A DNA stretch of 64,000 bases from Balanoglossus misakiensis (Eukaryota > Animalia > Hemichordata), in the NCBI GenBank assembly GCA_040954595.2, contig CM082594.2:5627319-5691318 (forward strand), written 5' to 3'. This document shows positions 11,951 to 25,030 of the stretch, piece after piece. Within the stretch, counting starts at the first letter, position 1. Every line of letters starts with the position of its first letter. The notes below the pieces were generated by a model. That model was not told the DNA's origin, did not search any database, and worked only from the letters and a program-made list of their open reading frames with translations. The position numbers and the translations under genes are program-made.

Positions 11951-14721
11951 TTAATTGGGGGCACAAGCGCCCTCAGGCGGCTTGTGCCCCCATTGGTATT
12001 GTTGGAATTTTTCTTTATTACGGGCCCAAGCCAAGCCAGGCTTGGGCCCGTATTGGTTTCGTTGGGGTTTTTCTTTCTTTCTTTCTTTCTTTATTCTTGG
12101 TTCACTTCTTTCGCGCTCTAGATCTCAGACACCGCTGCAGGTACAGTTCTCAAACTTGCTACAGTGGTCAAGGTCAATGAGTAGATGTGCAGTGACTTGT
12201 GAATACTTAATTAGTCACGTGACATGGCGGCCATATTGGATTTTCTGAAAAAATGCAAATCTCAGATCTCAGAAACTACAAGTCAGATCGAGTTCAGATT
12301 TGGCGTGCTGGTAGTATACCCTCTGCCCATCATTTTTGTGATTGGATATTTTGCTGTCAATGTTGCAGTTTTTTTGCTACAGTTGTTTTTCTGAAATCTG
12401 GTCAAAATTTCAAAAATCTTCTTCTCCAGAACCGGCGATAACCGAGTCACGCCGTTTGGGGTATGTGGTCACCTAACTGATGTCTATCAAGTTTGCGAAG
12501 ATCATTGTGATTGGTCGAAGATTATGGCGGCCATATTGGATTTTCGAAAAACCATAGTAAAACTTCAAAAATCTTCTCCTCCAGAACGGGCGATAACCGA
12601 GTCACAAGATTTGGTGTGTGTGGTCATTAAACAGATGTCTATCAAGTTTGCGAAGGGGAATGTGATTGGTCGAAGATTATGGCGGCCATATTGGATTTTG
12701 TGAAAAACGATTAAAAAGTAAAAATTCCTTTTCTAGCCTAAAAATTGATAGCACAGAAATTCTTTTTATGGATATGAATCATCATATGACAAGAATAACC
12801 TATAAATATTTTGGTAATTTTGGCAATGACCTTTGACCTACTTTTGACGCATCATTTTTCTGCATATCTAATTCCAGGCTAACCAATAGGGCTATAAGTT
12901 TGGTTTTTGATGTATGTGGATTTGTATGTGATCAAAAAATTTTGCTACTTTTCATGACCCCTTTGACCTCTGCTGACCTCATTAAATATGCATATACCTA
13001 ATTACAGATGAACCAATAGACCTAGAGGTTTTGTTTTTGTTATACATGGACCAGTATGGGGTCAAAATATTTTGCCCAAATGTTGGGTGACCTCGGGTGA
13101 CCTTTGACCTACTTTTGCATATCTCGACATCCACACCAGATACAGCCTTGGCGTTTGGAGGTATGGGGCCATAATGAAAAGCCAAAGTTTTGGGTCACCT
13201 GTGACACCTGCTTTACTCATTATTTATGTGCATACCTAATTCCGGGCTAACCAAAATGGCTAGAGGTCTGGTTTTTGTTGGACATGGACCACTATGGGTC
13301 AAAATTTTCTGCCCAAATTATGGGTGACCTCTGGGTGACCTTTGACCTACTTAACACTATATCAACACCAAACATAGATATAACCTTGATATTTCATGGG
13401 ATAAAACACAGCATTATGTTTCTACTCATTAATTATGTGCATATCTAATAATCAGATCAGATAATAGAGCTTGGGCCCGGACAATGCTGCTTGCAGCTTT
13501 AATTATTATTATTATTATTCTTCTTCTTCCGAGAAATTCGGCCAGGTAGATCTGGAAAACCGCAGCACCTAGGGGGCTGAAACTTGGTAGGGTGATAGGG
13601 GCCAATGAGTAGACGTGCAGTGGCCCGTGAATATTTAATTAGTCATGTGACCTGGCGGCCATATTGGATTTTCTGAAAACCATTAAATGACTCCTTCTCA
13701 AAAACTACTGGGCCAATCGAGTTCAAATTTGGTGTGCCGGTAGCCTACCTTCTGTCCATCATTTTACCCCATTAAAATCATGACGTCATACATAAAGTTT
13801 TTTTGCTACAATTTTTTTTCTGAAAAACTACTTAAAACTTAAAAAATCTTCTTCTCCAGAACCAGCGGTTACCGAGTCTCGGGATTTGGGATATGTGGTC
13901 ACCTAACCTATGTCTATCAAGTTTGCGAAGAGCACTGTGATTGGTCGATTATTATGGCGGCCATGTTGGATTTTCGGAAAACCATTAAAAAATGAAAATT
14001 CTGTTTTTTAGCCCAAATGTTGACAGCACGGAAATTCTTTTTTTGGATATGAGTCATCATATGACCGGAAGTTGTCACAATTTTTCGGGGCAATTTTCAC
14101 ATGACCTTTGACCCAGTTTTAAAACAACTAATTATATATGCATATTCCCCATACCTCCTCTTGTAAAAGCACCACAGTCATGAATTTTGTGAACATGGGT
14201 ACCAATGCTGCCAGGACCCGACACAAATATTTTGGTAATTTTGACAATGACCTTTGACATATTTCTGAAACATCATTTTTCTGCATATCTAATTCCAGGC
14301 TAACCTATAGGGCTAGAGGTCTCGTATTGGTTGGACATGGCCCATTCTGGGGTCAAAATTTTGTGCCCAAATTTTGGGTGACCTTGGGTGACCTTTGATC
14401 TACTTTCCCGTATCTCAGCATCCACAGCAGTTAGAGTCCTGGCTTTTAGGCAGCCGATGGAGCACATAATGGAGTCTTACACAAGACCTCATTAATTATG
14501 CACATACCTAATTCTAGACGAACCAATAGGGCTAGGGGTCTGATGTTTGTTGGACCTAGACTAGTATGAGATCCAATTTATTTGCCCAAATTTCGGGTGA
14601 CCTCAGGTAACCTTTGACCTACTTTCCCATATCTTGGTATCCACAGCAGATACATCCTTGGCATTTGCTGGTCACCATGGGAACCGCTTGTGCCCCGCCA
14701 ACGCTGCTTGCAGCTTTAATT
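11951..14721 (+). mobile_element. Non-autonomous Helentron/HINE (DINE-1-like) element, outer copy, interrupted by a related element
   Basis: 5' hairpin GGGGGCACAAGC...GCTTGTGCCCCC (11957-11991), 3' subterminal inverted repeat GCTTGTGCCCC (~14686-14696), then stem-loop GCTGCTTGCAGC and a TTTAATT end. It has an (ATT)n/(CTT)n microsatellite and internal repeats, and no ORF. Confidence 0.75.
12015..13504 (+). mobile_element. Related Helentron/HINE-like element nested inside the outer copy
   Basis: Has its own 5' hairpin TACGGGCCCAAGCC...GGCTTGGGCCCGTA (12019-12052), a (CTTT)n tract, a 3' subTIR GCTTGGGCCCG (13469-13479) and the same GCTGCTTGCAGCTTTAATT end. The body is homologous to 13520-14700. 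Confidence 0.75.
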
Positions 14722-15199
14722 GGTTCCAAATTTGCTTTTGTGTAAAATGAGAAACACATTATGTCACATGACAAAAGGGAGATTCGTACATAAAGGTTCT
14801 ACTCGCAAGTAATCTAGTTTCCACTGTAAGATTTCCAGACTCCAAATTGTGCTATTGATCTGGTCTGTGTAATATGCAATATTTCGTTGCTATGCAGATG
14901 GACCAATTGGTTAGACAAGAGCGTACAAATGTAAGAGGGGTGAATTGAGCACAAAATATTTTGCTTACCACCTGACAGCTGCATGTGAACAAAATACTTG
15001 TTTACTTTCAGGGTTTGACTTTGGTGTATTACACTGTACTGTGAACAGAGATGTGACTCAGATGGGTGTAAACTTCATGTATAATGTATGATTCTACACA
15101 ACTTGGAAAACACAAAACGGTTTAAGGAAGAAAAAACATCTAGTAAAAACTTCAGAAGTAAAATCTACAGAAGGCACCATGAAGTTTCAAAGAGACCAC

Positions 15200-16500
15200 C
15201 AACTTTTTTTCATGCCACTTAATATTTACACATGCCACTACTGAAGGTTTCACAGAACACACACATCATGTACATAACAACCGGGAGCACAGAGCTTTCC
15301 GAACATCCAAGGTTAATCCTTTTGTAATGCTGATCATCCACGATGGTTTTTTTGTGTGTGAGGTTTAGCGTACAGCTGGTGCAGGTATTGAATACAGATG
15401 TTAGAGAGTGTCTCTTTTGGGTCACTTTTTCTCGGTACCTATTCATGTCTTGGACACTATACAGACCGTATGATCCCTCAAAGAACGCCTACCCTCGGGC
15501 CCTTTTCAAGTCTAATTGCTTACACAGGGGCTTAGAGTCTATCCGCTACAGGCTGTGCTGGCATGGCTGGTGATAGAAAGTCATGTTTTGGGGAAACTGA
15601 ATTATATTTCTGACGACTGGACTGTCTCGAGAAATCATTGCAGTAAATATATCTCACATCTGTGTTTGTACACAAGACATTTTCGACACAAAGCGCCGAA
15701 TTCAGCAATGACCGACGTCGAAACAGGAATGCCAGTTTTCATGCATTCCTGACACTCAATTGCAAACCAGAAAGCCAACTGATAAATCCTACCTTTGTCT
15801 GTACAGCTTGCTGTCATAGCAGACTTCTCGCAAACACGCAGGGAACGTCAGTTTTTACCACAAACCCAGAGCTCAGCAGCTGACACACATACATGTACTC
15901 ACACTGCAGACAACACTCAGTTTCTGTAACGGCCAGGCTAGGCAGTGGCTTTCAGTTTGCCCATTATTGGATTTGTTTGCCCGCCTTTTCAGTCGGGGAA
16001 GCGAAGTTGTTGTCCGCAGTCTGATCCTCAGACAATACCCTTCATTGTTCGAGAGAAGACATGAACAAAGCTTCACTGATCAATCTATATGAAACCGTCG
16101 ATATTCTCGAACACCTCACTCAGTTGCCTATGTGAGCAGGCCTGGTATTTTTTTTCTGAAGCTCTGCATGCACAGTCTAGCTTGCATGGCCCGGGCGCTA
16201 TCAATCATACGGTCCACTTTCCTACTTCTTGAGGACAACACAAGAAACCTGTTTGATTTACTCGATAAGACTTCCCATTCACCGCTTATTGAAGAATCAA
16301 TGACTGTATTCTTGTGGGGGGAGCACAAAAAAGTGTCTGCTGACAGATTCTGTGCAGACTGGCCTTTTTTTGTTGAAGTCCTGTCGCATGGCGAGTGGAC
16401 CCCAACAAAAAGCCGGAATGCGACACTTCAATTTTAATTATGAGTGAAATCAGATCAGAATGGTCCCTACCACTTAACAGACTGCCAAATGGCAACAAAA
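15200..16500 (-). mobile_element. Possible highly decayed DNA-transposon coding remnant (hAT-like segment near 15350-15680)
   Basis: Broken reading frames include VRYI...QLDLKRARG*AF...GLYSVQ...CTSCTLNL, loosely resembling hAT motifs (VRYV...LDLxxCRGQxYDGA...GVQ...HCxxHxLNL). The match is weak. Confidence 0.3.
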
Positions 16501-17284
16501 CCAGGTGTTTACAGTTGGCGAAAAACTATTAACAGAATCGTCCAGTATTCAGGTCTCCAATGATGGTTTCATGGAGAACTTTGTTGCCTTGCTAGGCAAA
16601 TGGTGAAGCTGTATTTGACTACAGGTTTATTCAGGATTGTATCCCCAACTTCCATGTATTTATATGGATGTTGCATGTACCATAGTTTATGCAAATTTAT
16701 AAAAAAAAAAAGTTAATAGAGGTTATATTTTGAGGGCGCTATCCACAATCCAAATACCAGTACCCTGCCAAGTGATATCCCCAGAAAAGGGCAGTATTGA
16801 ACTCAGCATATGGTCAGCTACAGCAGTTGCATACTGAAAACAGACATTAAAATAAGATAACATATTCTAGCTTTAATCACAGAATGTTCTATGCCATTCA
16901 GGGGAATGGCTTAGAGAGAGGTATGGATACATTGGAAGGTCCAGCGAGGGTACTTCCACATTCTCAGCTGTCAACAGCTGTCATTATTAAAAGTCTCAGG
17001 AAATATGCACACATTTGTGTTAACTACATATATAGACCATTAGCGGTTTCCCACAAAATTCACATCCAGCATCATTGATTTATGTATGACATTTTCACAC
17101 ATGTTAAAGCTTGATCTGACACATAGCGTAATTTACTGTGGGATGGTTTTACACGAGTGACCTTACCCTCAAGCTAAGACAGTAAATTCGCTTATGTGTA
17201 GGCGTGCTACAGCTAAAAATACCTCAGAACTGTTTTATCGTAAATTGAGGAAACTGCACACTTTTTTCATGAAAATGCGGTCAG

Positions 17285-17856
17285 TTGCGTTGTTATTACA
17301 ACCAGCTCTGAAAATTTTAAATCAAGATATTGTAACAATCTTTCTCCCATACAGTAAGTTTGTGGTTTTGTCATAAAATGCACAATTCAGCAATACCACC
17401 CCACAGCTATTCATCTTGACTAGAATCAGGATTTTGCCATGTACAGCGCCCCCTCTGTTAAATCACAAAGCTTCATTTGTTCCATGAACAACACTCGAAC
17501 ACTAATTGCATGCTAACCATTTATGACTTACTCCAATTTCTCTGCGACTGTCAAAGTAACATTGGCTGCGTTGCGTTGTTATTACAACCAGCTCTGAAAA
17601 TTTTAAATCAAGATATTGTAACAATCTTTCTCCCATACAGTAAGTTTGTGGTTTTGTCATAAAATGCACAATTCAGCAATACCACCCCACAGCTATTCAT
17701 CTTGACTAGAATCAGGATTTTGCCATGTACAGCGCCCCCTCTGTTAAATCACAAAGCTTCATTTGTTCCATGAACAACACTCGAACACTAATTGCATGCT
17801 AACCATTTATGACTTACTCCAATTTCTCTGCGACTGTCAAAGTAACATTGGCTGCG
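17285..17856. repeat. Perfect 286-bp tandem duplication (17285-17570 and 17571-17856)
   Basis: Both units read ttgcgttgttattacaaccag...aacattggctgcg, with no differences visible by eye. Confidence 0.95.
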
Positions 17857-19432
17857 CATCGTCTGAAATCTGTTGATGTGTGACACCACCGTTACAACTA
17901 CACTGCGTCTTCAGTTTCAAGACGCGAGAACGTATCGGTTTCGCACAAACTCACAAACTTCAAGTAGTGTGTTGTTTCACCTTGTTTCTTGGTGACCCAA
18001 CACGGAGAATGACGTTGTTATTTTTTTCCCTCGCAGTTCAACACCTGTACTTATCCAATTTCCAACGCGTCTTTGTGTTCGCAAAGCCACACCAAAAACA
18101 CATTCTCCAAGTTCTTTTGTATCTGATGCAAAGTTACACAGTGTCGCCCACTCCAAGCTGTCAAACACTCGCATGCTTAGCCTGATTGAGATTTTTTCTG
18201 CCATTCAAGTTTACATGGGCTCTGCATGACTGCTTTCAACAGCTCCACTACAACTGACATTGATCAAGTGGCAACTACACCATTCAAGTTCACTGGGCAA
18301 GTACATGTCCAGCCAATCTGCAAGATTGCTTTCAACAATTCAACTACAACCGAAAGCTATCAGAAATGACCAGAACGCATTAGCCTTCCCTTGGAGACTT
18401 TCAGTTGCAGTTTCTATGCGAGGAAAGCTAAGTTTCAGGCCACACTGCAGCCAAATGCAGATGGACTACCACGTATGCACACTCAGCACAAGACCAGTTG
18501 TGTAAATGGAACTGAAACTGCGGGAATGCAGATTGGAGAGAGGAATTCACCATTGAAATGACAGTATCGAAATCAAGTAGTCACACACGTCAGACTTGCT
18601 GGTTACACAGCAATTCAGGTGACGGCGTTACACAAGACAACAATTATTCTACCGGGCTTTAGTTAATTGAGCTTCCATTAACCCCCCAAAAAGAACAACT
18701 GACATTTCAACTGTTTCTATTTAACGAGTCTAAAGACACGCACACACGGATTTTAGAAGCATTGTTTGTCTACATCCCCGTCTTAATTTCCATTTCAATT
18801 GGATGGGTAAACACCGAATTCTTGGCGCGGGACAATCCAGACCAGAGCTGTATTAAGCCGAAACGCAACCCAGACATTCTGTTCAAACAACGACCGACCG
18901 ACCGTTTCTGTCAAATTCATGCATGACTGACAACCCGAAAGGTCAGAAGTCCACGCAAGGCCATTATTCTGTACAAATGAGGAGAGAGGGACTCCTTGAC
19001 TAATGGGGAGCCAGGGGTAATTACGTCCACGGGTCATTAAAATCAGAGATTTACTAATAACTGAAAATAAGCTGTAATTATTATCATGGGTACGGAAACA
19101 ACATTCTCCCTAGGTGCTGGCCGAGAAGAAACTGGCCCTCGCTGAAAATGATCAGGTTCTTCCTGTAATTGTTCAAATTTGCAGTAGTTAAGGAAATACA
19201 AAACTGCATGTGACCGGCATCACAATTTATTCCGTGCATGTCTGCAGTTTATTTGCAGAATACCTTAGAAGGCATCCAATGAGAACTCGGGCAACACACT
19301 ATCGTTTAGTATCAAGTTAATTCATGTGATGGGTTTAACAGACTTCCCAATCACTCCATGAAGAATCATTGGTATCAGTCTTGGTGGTGATGTGGCATAC
19401 CCCAACAATTTCATCATTCTCCCTGGCCGTAT

Positions 19433-19527
19433 TTAACCCTTTCACCACCATGGTTTGGTCCAAATCCAATTGTTTCTTATGGTACAGTCAGACCATCTAT
19501 AGAAGGTAACAGGGGTGGAAGGGTTAA
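19433..19527 (+). mobile_element. ~95-bp MITE with TTAA ends and CCCT...AGGG terminal inverted repeats (piggyBac-like ends)
   Basis: TTAACCCTTTCACC...GGTGGAAGGGTTAA. Homologous copies occur elsewhere in the window. Confidence 0.65.
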
Positions 19528-22500
19528 TATGAGTGCAGCAAAGTCGGCACATCACAAAACAGGATGTGGTTCGAGTCTCAGGATTACATCACTACACGCT
19601 TTGTGCAATTGTCTACAGGTAGCAGTTTTTACATTCCAAATAAAGTTTTACAACTCCCCAAAGTACCAATCATGCTTTGTGATGCCAGTTTACGAGTTTT
19701 CCCAAGTCGAATCTGGAATGTCTAGAGATCTTGAACTTTTTATTGTGACTACAGATACACTGTATGTTTTACTGGCACCTTATCAAAGACATGGAAAATT
19801 TTACTTTTTTCATCTTAGGATTAACTCGATAAACTTAAATTGACCTTCACCTGACCAAATAACGAATCATCAGCCCCTAGCCTAACTTTAGTAGTCAACT
19901 GAATTCAATCACATCTGCAGCACAGACCAGGGTTGAAATAACATGCATGGTTAGTTTTTTGACAGGGTTACATACAATAACAAAATGTCAAGCCTGGGCT
20001 TTCTCAGTATAAAAATTTATTGACTGGCCATGGCAGTGTTCTGTACAGTACTTTAGTCTTTTATGGGCTCATTGGATTCAAATAAATCGGGTTGCAAACT
20101 AATCAGTACAAAGTATCCTAGTGTGTTTTTTATGTTTAATAGTATTCTTCATGGGTGAGATGCTTTTTTTCAGAGTAACAAAAGTACGGAACTTTCTAAG
20201 GGAAAAGTGAGACAGAATATGTTGCCAGTTTTATGAGGGGGGGACATCTGCACAAGACATGAAAAAGGATTACTGGACATCTCATCAATAAAAGTTTTAC
20301 ATGCATTTCATCCAGCACCCCTATCCCACCACCCCCTCTCTCCATCGCCAAGTTGTTAATTTCTTCTCTTCTGACTACTCAATGGGTAAATGATAAGAAA
20401 TGTATGGTCGGCTCTGGTATGATGATCCAGGGGCCAAATTAATCAAAAACTCACTACAGGCAGTTAATTTCCAAAGAAGCCCCACAAATGCAGTCTTGGG
20501 ACAATCCCAGACTTCAAAGCATATCTAAAGCAACAGATGACTTGTGCACTGCTGAACTGACTTTACCAAAGATATTCAAAATTGATGAGTCGGCAGTTTT
20601 TAATGACAGCAGAATTCCTACTAAAAGACCGTAACTAATCAATTTCACATTCTGATTTCAATCACTGGGGTGGCACATCAAAAATGAAACAAACTGGTAT
20701 GCCTGTATATATTTCATATACTGACCTGGCAAAACTCATCTTTTTTTTCATAAATAATATATATTTTTTCCTGTTGCAGATCTACATGTAGACGATGATG
20801 ATCTGTTAATACAAGTCTTCCATAAATAATAAAGAAGCTATATAAGCAGTGAAGACACCCGATTACATGTATACCCATGTTTTGACTAATCTTCATATTA
20901 TTTGTTGTTATCATCCAGTGTCAGGAATTTGATTACAAAGCTATGGATTCTATTACACCAAGTATACAACAGCACACAGAAACCCGAAACCCACATGAAA
21001 ATGAACAGTTGTTGTGCTATACCAACAGAACACAATGCAGTTATGATCCTTGCAAGCTTTGACGTACACAACTGAGAGTACATGTACATGTAACTATGAG
21101 GCCACATTGACAGCAGACAAAACTACAAGACACACCACTAAAAATTTAATTCTGATAAATAACATTTTTCCAGTCTTTGATAAAACTCCCTCACAATTTC
21201 ACAAATCTAATTCAGCATGAGATACGTTTTGTCTCATTGAACTGATAAATTGTTTAATTATTTAGTAAAAAAACACTTCAAAAACCCAGTAAAAACATGT
21301 CCTTGTAGACATGCTAATTTTAACTTCCCAACATGCAGGCATTTCCTCTGTGGATTTATGTACCAGGTTTCCTGTGTATATTTTAGGTCATAGAAGACAA
21401 TGTCATGTATGTTTGAGAATTAGTGACTGATCTACTCTCAGTCAGCTTGTAGAGTTAATGTTTCAATGACATAATTTATGGTACATACCAGAAATGATGT
21501 CATCAGAGTAGTTCTTTTATCTACAGATGGTTCAGTACACAGAGAAGCATAAATAATGTTCCGTATGAACCAAAACCTACTCATGATGATGTCAAAAGAA
21601 TGTGACCTAGCTTGACCCCACAATCAAAATACCGTATGTACATGCAGGCAGAGAGCTTATCACTTCTCAATATGGAGGTAAACAGTTCCATCAGGTGGAA
21701 ATCCTAGGTATTTTTTAGTATTTTTGTTCTGTTAATTGGAGTATAAATATTGGCAGTTCTCTTCGAGAATATCCCATAAGATTAGATTTTTTTACATTAT
21801 GTCACCACCAGAATCAGACAGCGATCCGTCCAAGCAAGTCGAGAAGCCCCACTTGTCTTCCATTCTGGCAATCATTACAAGCACACAGCAATCATCCCTG
21901 ACAGGGCTTGCAAACTGCTAATGGCGTCTCAAAACTCCAGCACTATACAATGTACAACACAACCTCTACTAGACTGCACAAGGATTTCTGGGTCCCCTCT
22001 TTTCGACGATTCGCTCAGACAAAAAACACACACCTCAACGATGACTCACGACGCGGACAGTTTCACAGGGTAATTGACAGCTACTGGGAATTCAATTGAA
22101 AGGGAAAATGCGTTCATTTAATTGTGGAGGAGAAATTTAAGGGCACACTGTTGAGAAATGTGATTCTGAGTTGTCATTGTCGCATTATATCAATATTCGT
22201 CTCACATGTATAATTGCGACATCCCTTTATTCCCCCAAAAACAATAAAACGTTGAACAAATTGCTTAACTGTGAAGTTAACCAGAATTCTGATCTAAATC
22301 TGCTTTGAGGCAATTCAATCAAAAAATATTCATTATAACATCTAATAAGATTAACGTCTAATAGTACTACTGAATATTTTTAAGGACAGAAAATACTCAT
22401 GTAGAAGTAAATGAACATTAAATTGAATTGGCTGAAAATCACACTGACAGAACCAAAACAATTGGGTTTGATCACTTCTTGGTGGTTAGAAAAGAAATGA

Positions 22501-24554
22501 AAAAAACATCTGACATGGTCCCTCTTTACCAGATAGACCCAGTGTAATGCTGGGTTCGGTTCTCTAGTCAACCTCCACTGTGCAAATGGTAATTGGAACA
22601 CAGTGCACTCAGACTCATCCGAACCATCGAATATGACTGAGTGACCATTGTGGCCTTTCTCTCTTCATTATGCCACCTTCGTGGGTCAGTATCTGTGCCA
22701 AGAAGGCAGATTTTGAAATTTAGAAAATAACTTCTATCCTTTCATGTAAGAAACATTTGTTTAAGAGGGATTTTTCAAATGTTTCACAGAGAAATCTTGG
22801 TGCTCACATCTTGGTGTTTTTGTTATTTGAGATAGATTCCAAGAATTCCTTGTGTCTCTTTGTTTACAGAATTCCCCTCAGTGCATTGTGGAAAACTGAC
22901 AAGGATATCATTCTTCTGGATATATTCTGTTTGTGTATGAGAACTACAAATTACATATTTGTCTTTCCAATTTAGCAATTTCCTGAAGGGATGCTTCATG
23001 GAACAATCAAATTTTCAAGAGATTTTTTACTAATTCAGTAAATATTAATGCAGATTGGTACAAAAAGTATGACAGCATGTTTAGGCTGTCAACAGTCTCT
23101 TCTAGGCATTTGGGGGATTGAACAATTCAAGTCCCCTTGTTGCATAGTGCTGTGTCAAGTCACTTTACTTGTATCTGTTACAAGTACCGGTAATGAAAAT
23201 GGGCAAGGGAGCAGCTGTCCTGACGACCATTTGCTCTACATTTCTGTGTCACATCGGAAAAATAAATGCCAAAAACCACACAAGTGGCTTGGCAACTGTC
23301 TGTTAACTACAATCCCTTGAGACCTGTCATTTTGATTTCAAAACACATCAATTTTATTATTAGCGGGGACCATGGGGATGGGGGTTCTGTCTTCTTGTAT
23401 AAAACATCAAATCCATTCCTCATACAATCATAACAATCTGCAGTTTCAATTGTCATAAAACACACATGTATAGAGACAAAAGACCAACGTCCACAGGATT
23501 GAATATACACGTAAATTAAACAAATACATGTATGACTGTAGGTACCCAGTGAAGCAGTGACAACCTTACTACGATGATTAACACCAACGTATAATGACTA
23601 TTTCAATATTTAAAGACTGAATGAAAAATAGACAGCTTAAAATATTTGCAAGTCTCAGTCACAAAACACAGGTGTTGTGATTGTCCGCGACATGACTGAA
23701 ATTCATTTCATTTAGAAATGAACAGGCATATATAGGTTGACATGACAGACATCATTTGACACAATAGAGTTGTGTAATGTAATAAATCAACTCTATTGTC
23801 CTGATGCCACAAGGGATATCATACACAAGGCATGTATTGCAATTATCTTGCTGTGTTCTATGTCGGGGGTCCATACAATAATCATTTATTCAAGTTACGC
23901 TGTCTAGTCAAATCCATCATGATTCAGCGTACAACGCGGTCAGTCTCTGCATCAATATATGAAGATCTTGATTTTTACCAGACAAAATAAGTTATGAGTA
24001 ACATCCATCTTTAGTGTACAAGTATCTATGCATCATGCTAAAATCTGATATCAGATCTTACATGTAACAGTCTTCATGAAAATTCCAAAGATGACCTACG
24101 TTTCTGACCTATCTTTCATCTCTTTCTTGTATCTCCTGATCATCCATACACCAATGTTTGTAATTGTATACATAAAAATGTTCACTAAAATTATGATCAT
24201 TGCAAAAAATTCATCATCATCTACTAGACAACAAGACATAAGCAAGTTTTCCTTGGATTTTCAGAAATTCGTGCCACAGACATCCTGGTGACAGTGACTG
24301 GACCCTTCAGGTCAACACACACTGATTGGTGCCAAATTGGCGCCTCTTCTGCCAACATCGTCATTCTCATGCATGGAAATTAAAAGGTTTCATATGATTG
24401 ACATCTGGTGGCGTTCGGAAAAGCCTACAATTGGGTGCTTGTAGCCTGGGGAGCCAGCTCTGCTACATACAACAATTTCACAAGCAATGGCCATTACTGA
24501 AGTCAACGTATGTGTCAATCACACCAGTGAGACAGCTAAACTCTCTAACTTTTC

Positions 24555-25030
24555 CAAACTCTCGTGTACTGTTGTATACAGTCATGTACTCAACTCAAGC
24601 ACTTGGCATATTAGTGTTACTTCAAAACTTACAGCAACCACTCTCGTATAAAACTTACCACTGTCACTGAAGATACTCGTCTCATACAGTACATCCAAAT
24701 GAAACCTCTTCCTCGCCATTTTATACAGTGCATACCAACAACTGATAGACTTACACGCATTTTTCGCAAACTATATCACTGTAACATTATCCAGTTGAGG
24801 GTCACACATATCATATTTGTGTGTGAAGAAGATCATCTGAATTTCATCTCAACACCAAATCATTCCAGAAATATTCCGCCACGCTTGTCAAATCATCACA
24901 TTAAATCATTTAATTACGATATCGATATACACTCTAGTGTATGCAAGATAAATCTAAAATGCGGAGTCATCTATATCGGTGAAATCTTAGACTCATCTTT
25001 CATCATATCCCTCACCACTGTAGCAATTTC
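24555..25030 (+). mobile_element. Degenerate LINE (L2/CR1-like) reverse transcriptase fragment
   Basis: Frameshifted remnants in the expected order: LLYTVMY...LGILV (cf. PLLFxIYxxPLG), YHCH-EDTRL-Y (cf. YHCYADDTQLY), FISTPNHSRNIP (cf. IGTPQQL) and GEILDSS (cf. LGVILDSSL). Confidence 0.5.

Noticed and set aside
12400-12720. Repeated units considered as a CRISPR-like array
   Set aside because: The context is eukaryotic, and the units are ~128-bp internal tandem repeats of a transposon with no unique spacers.
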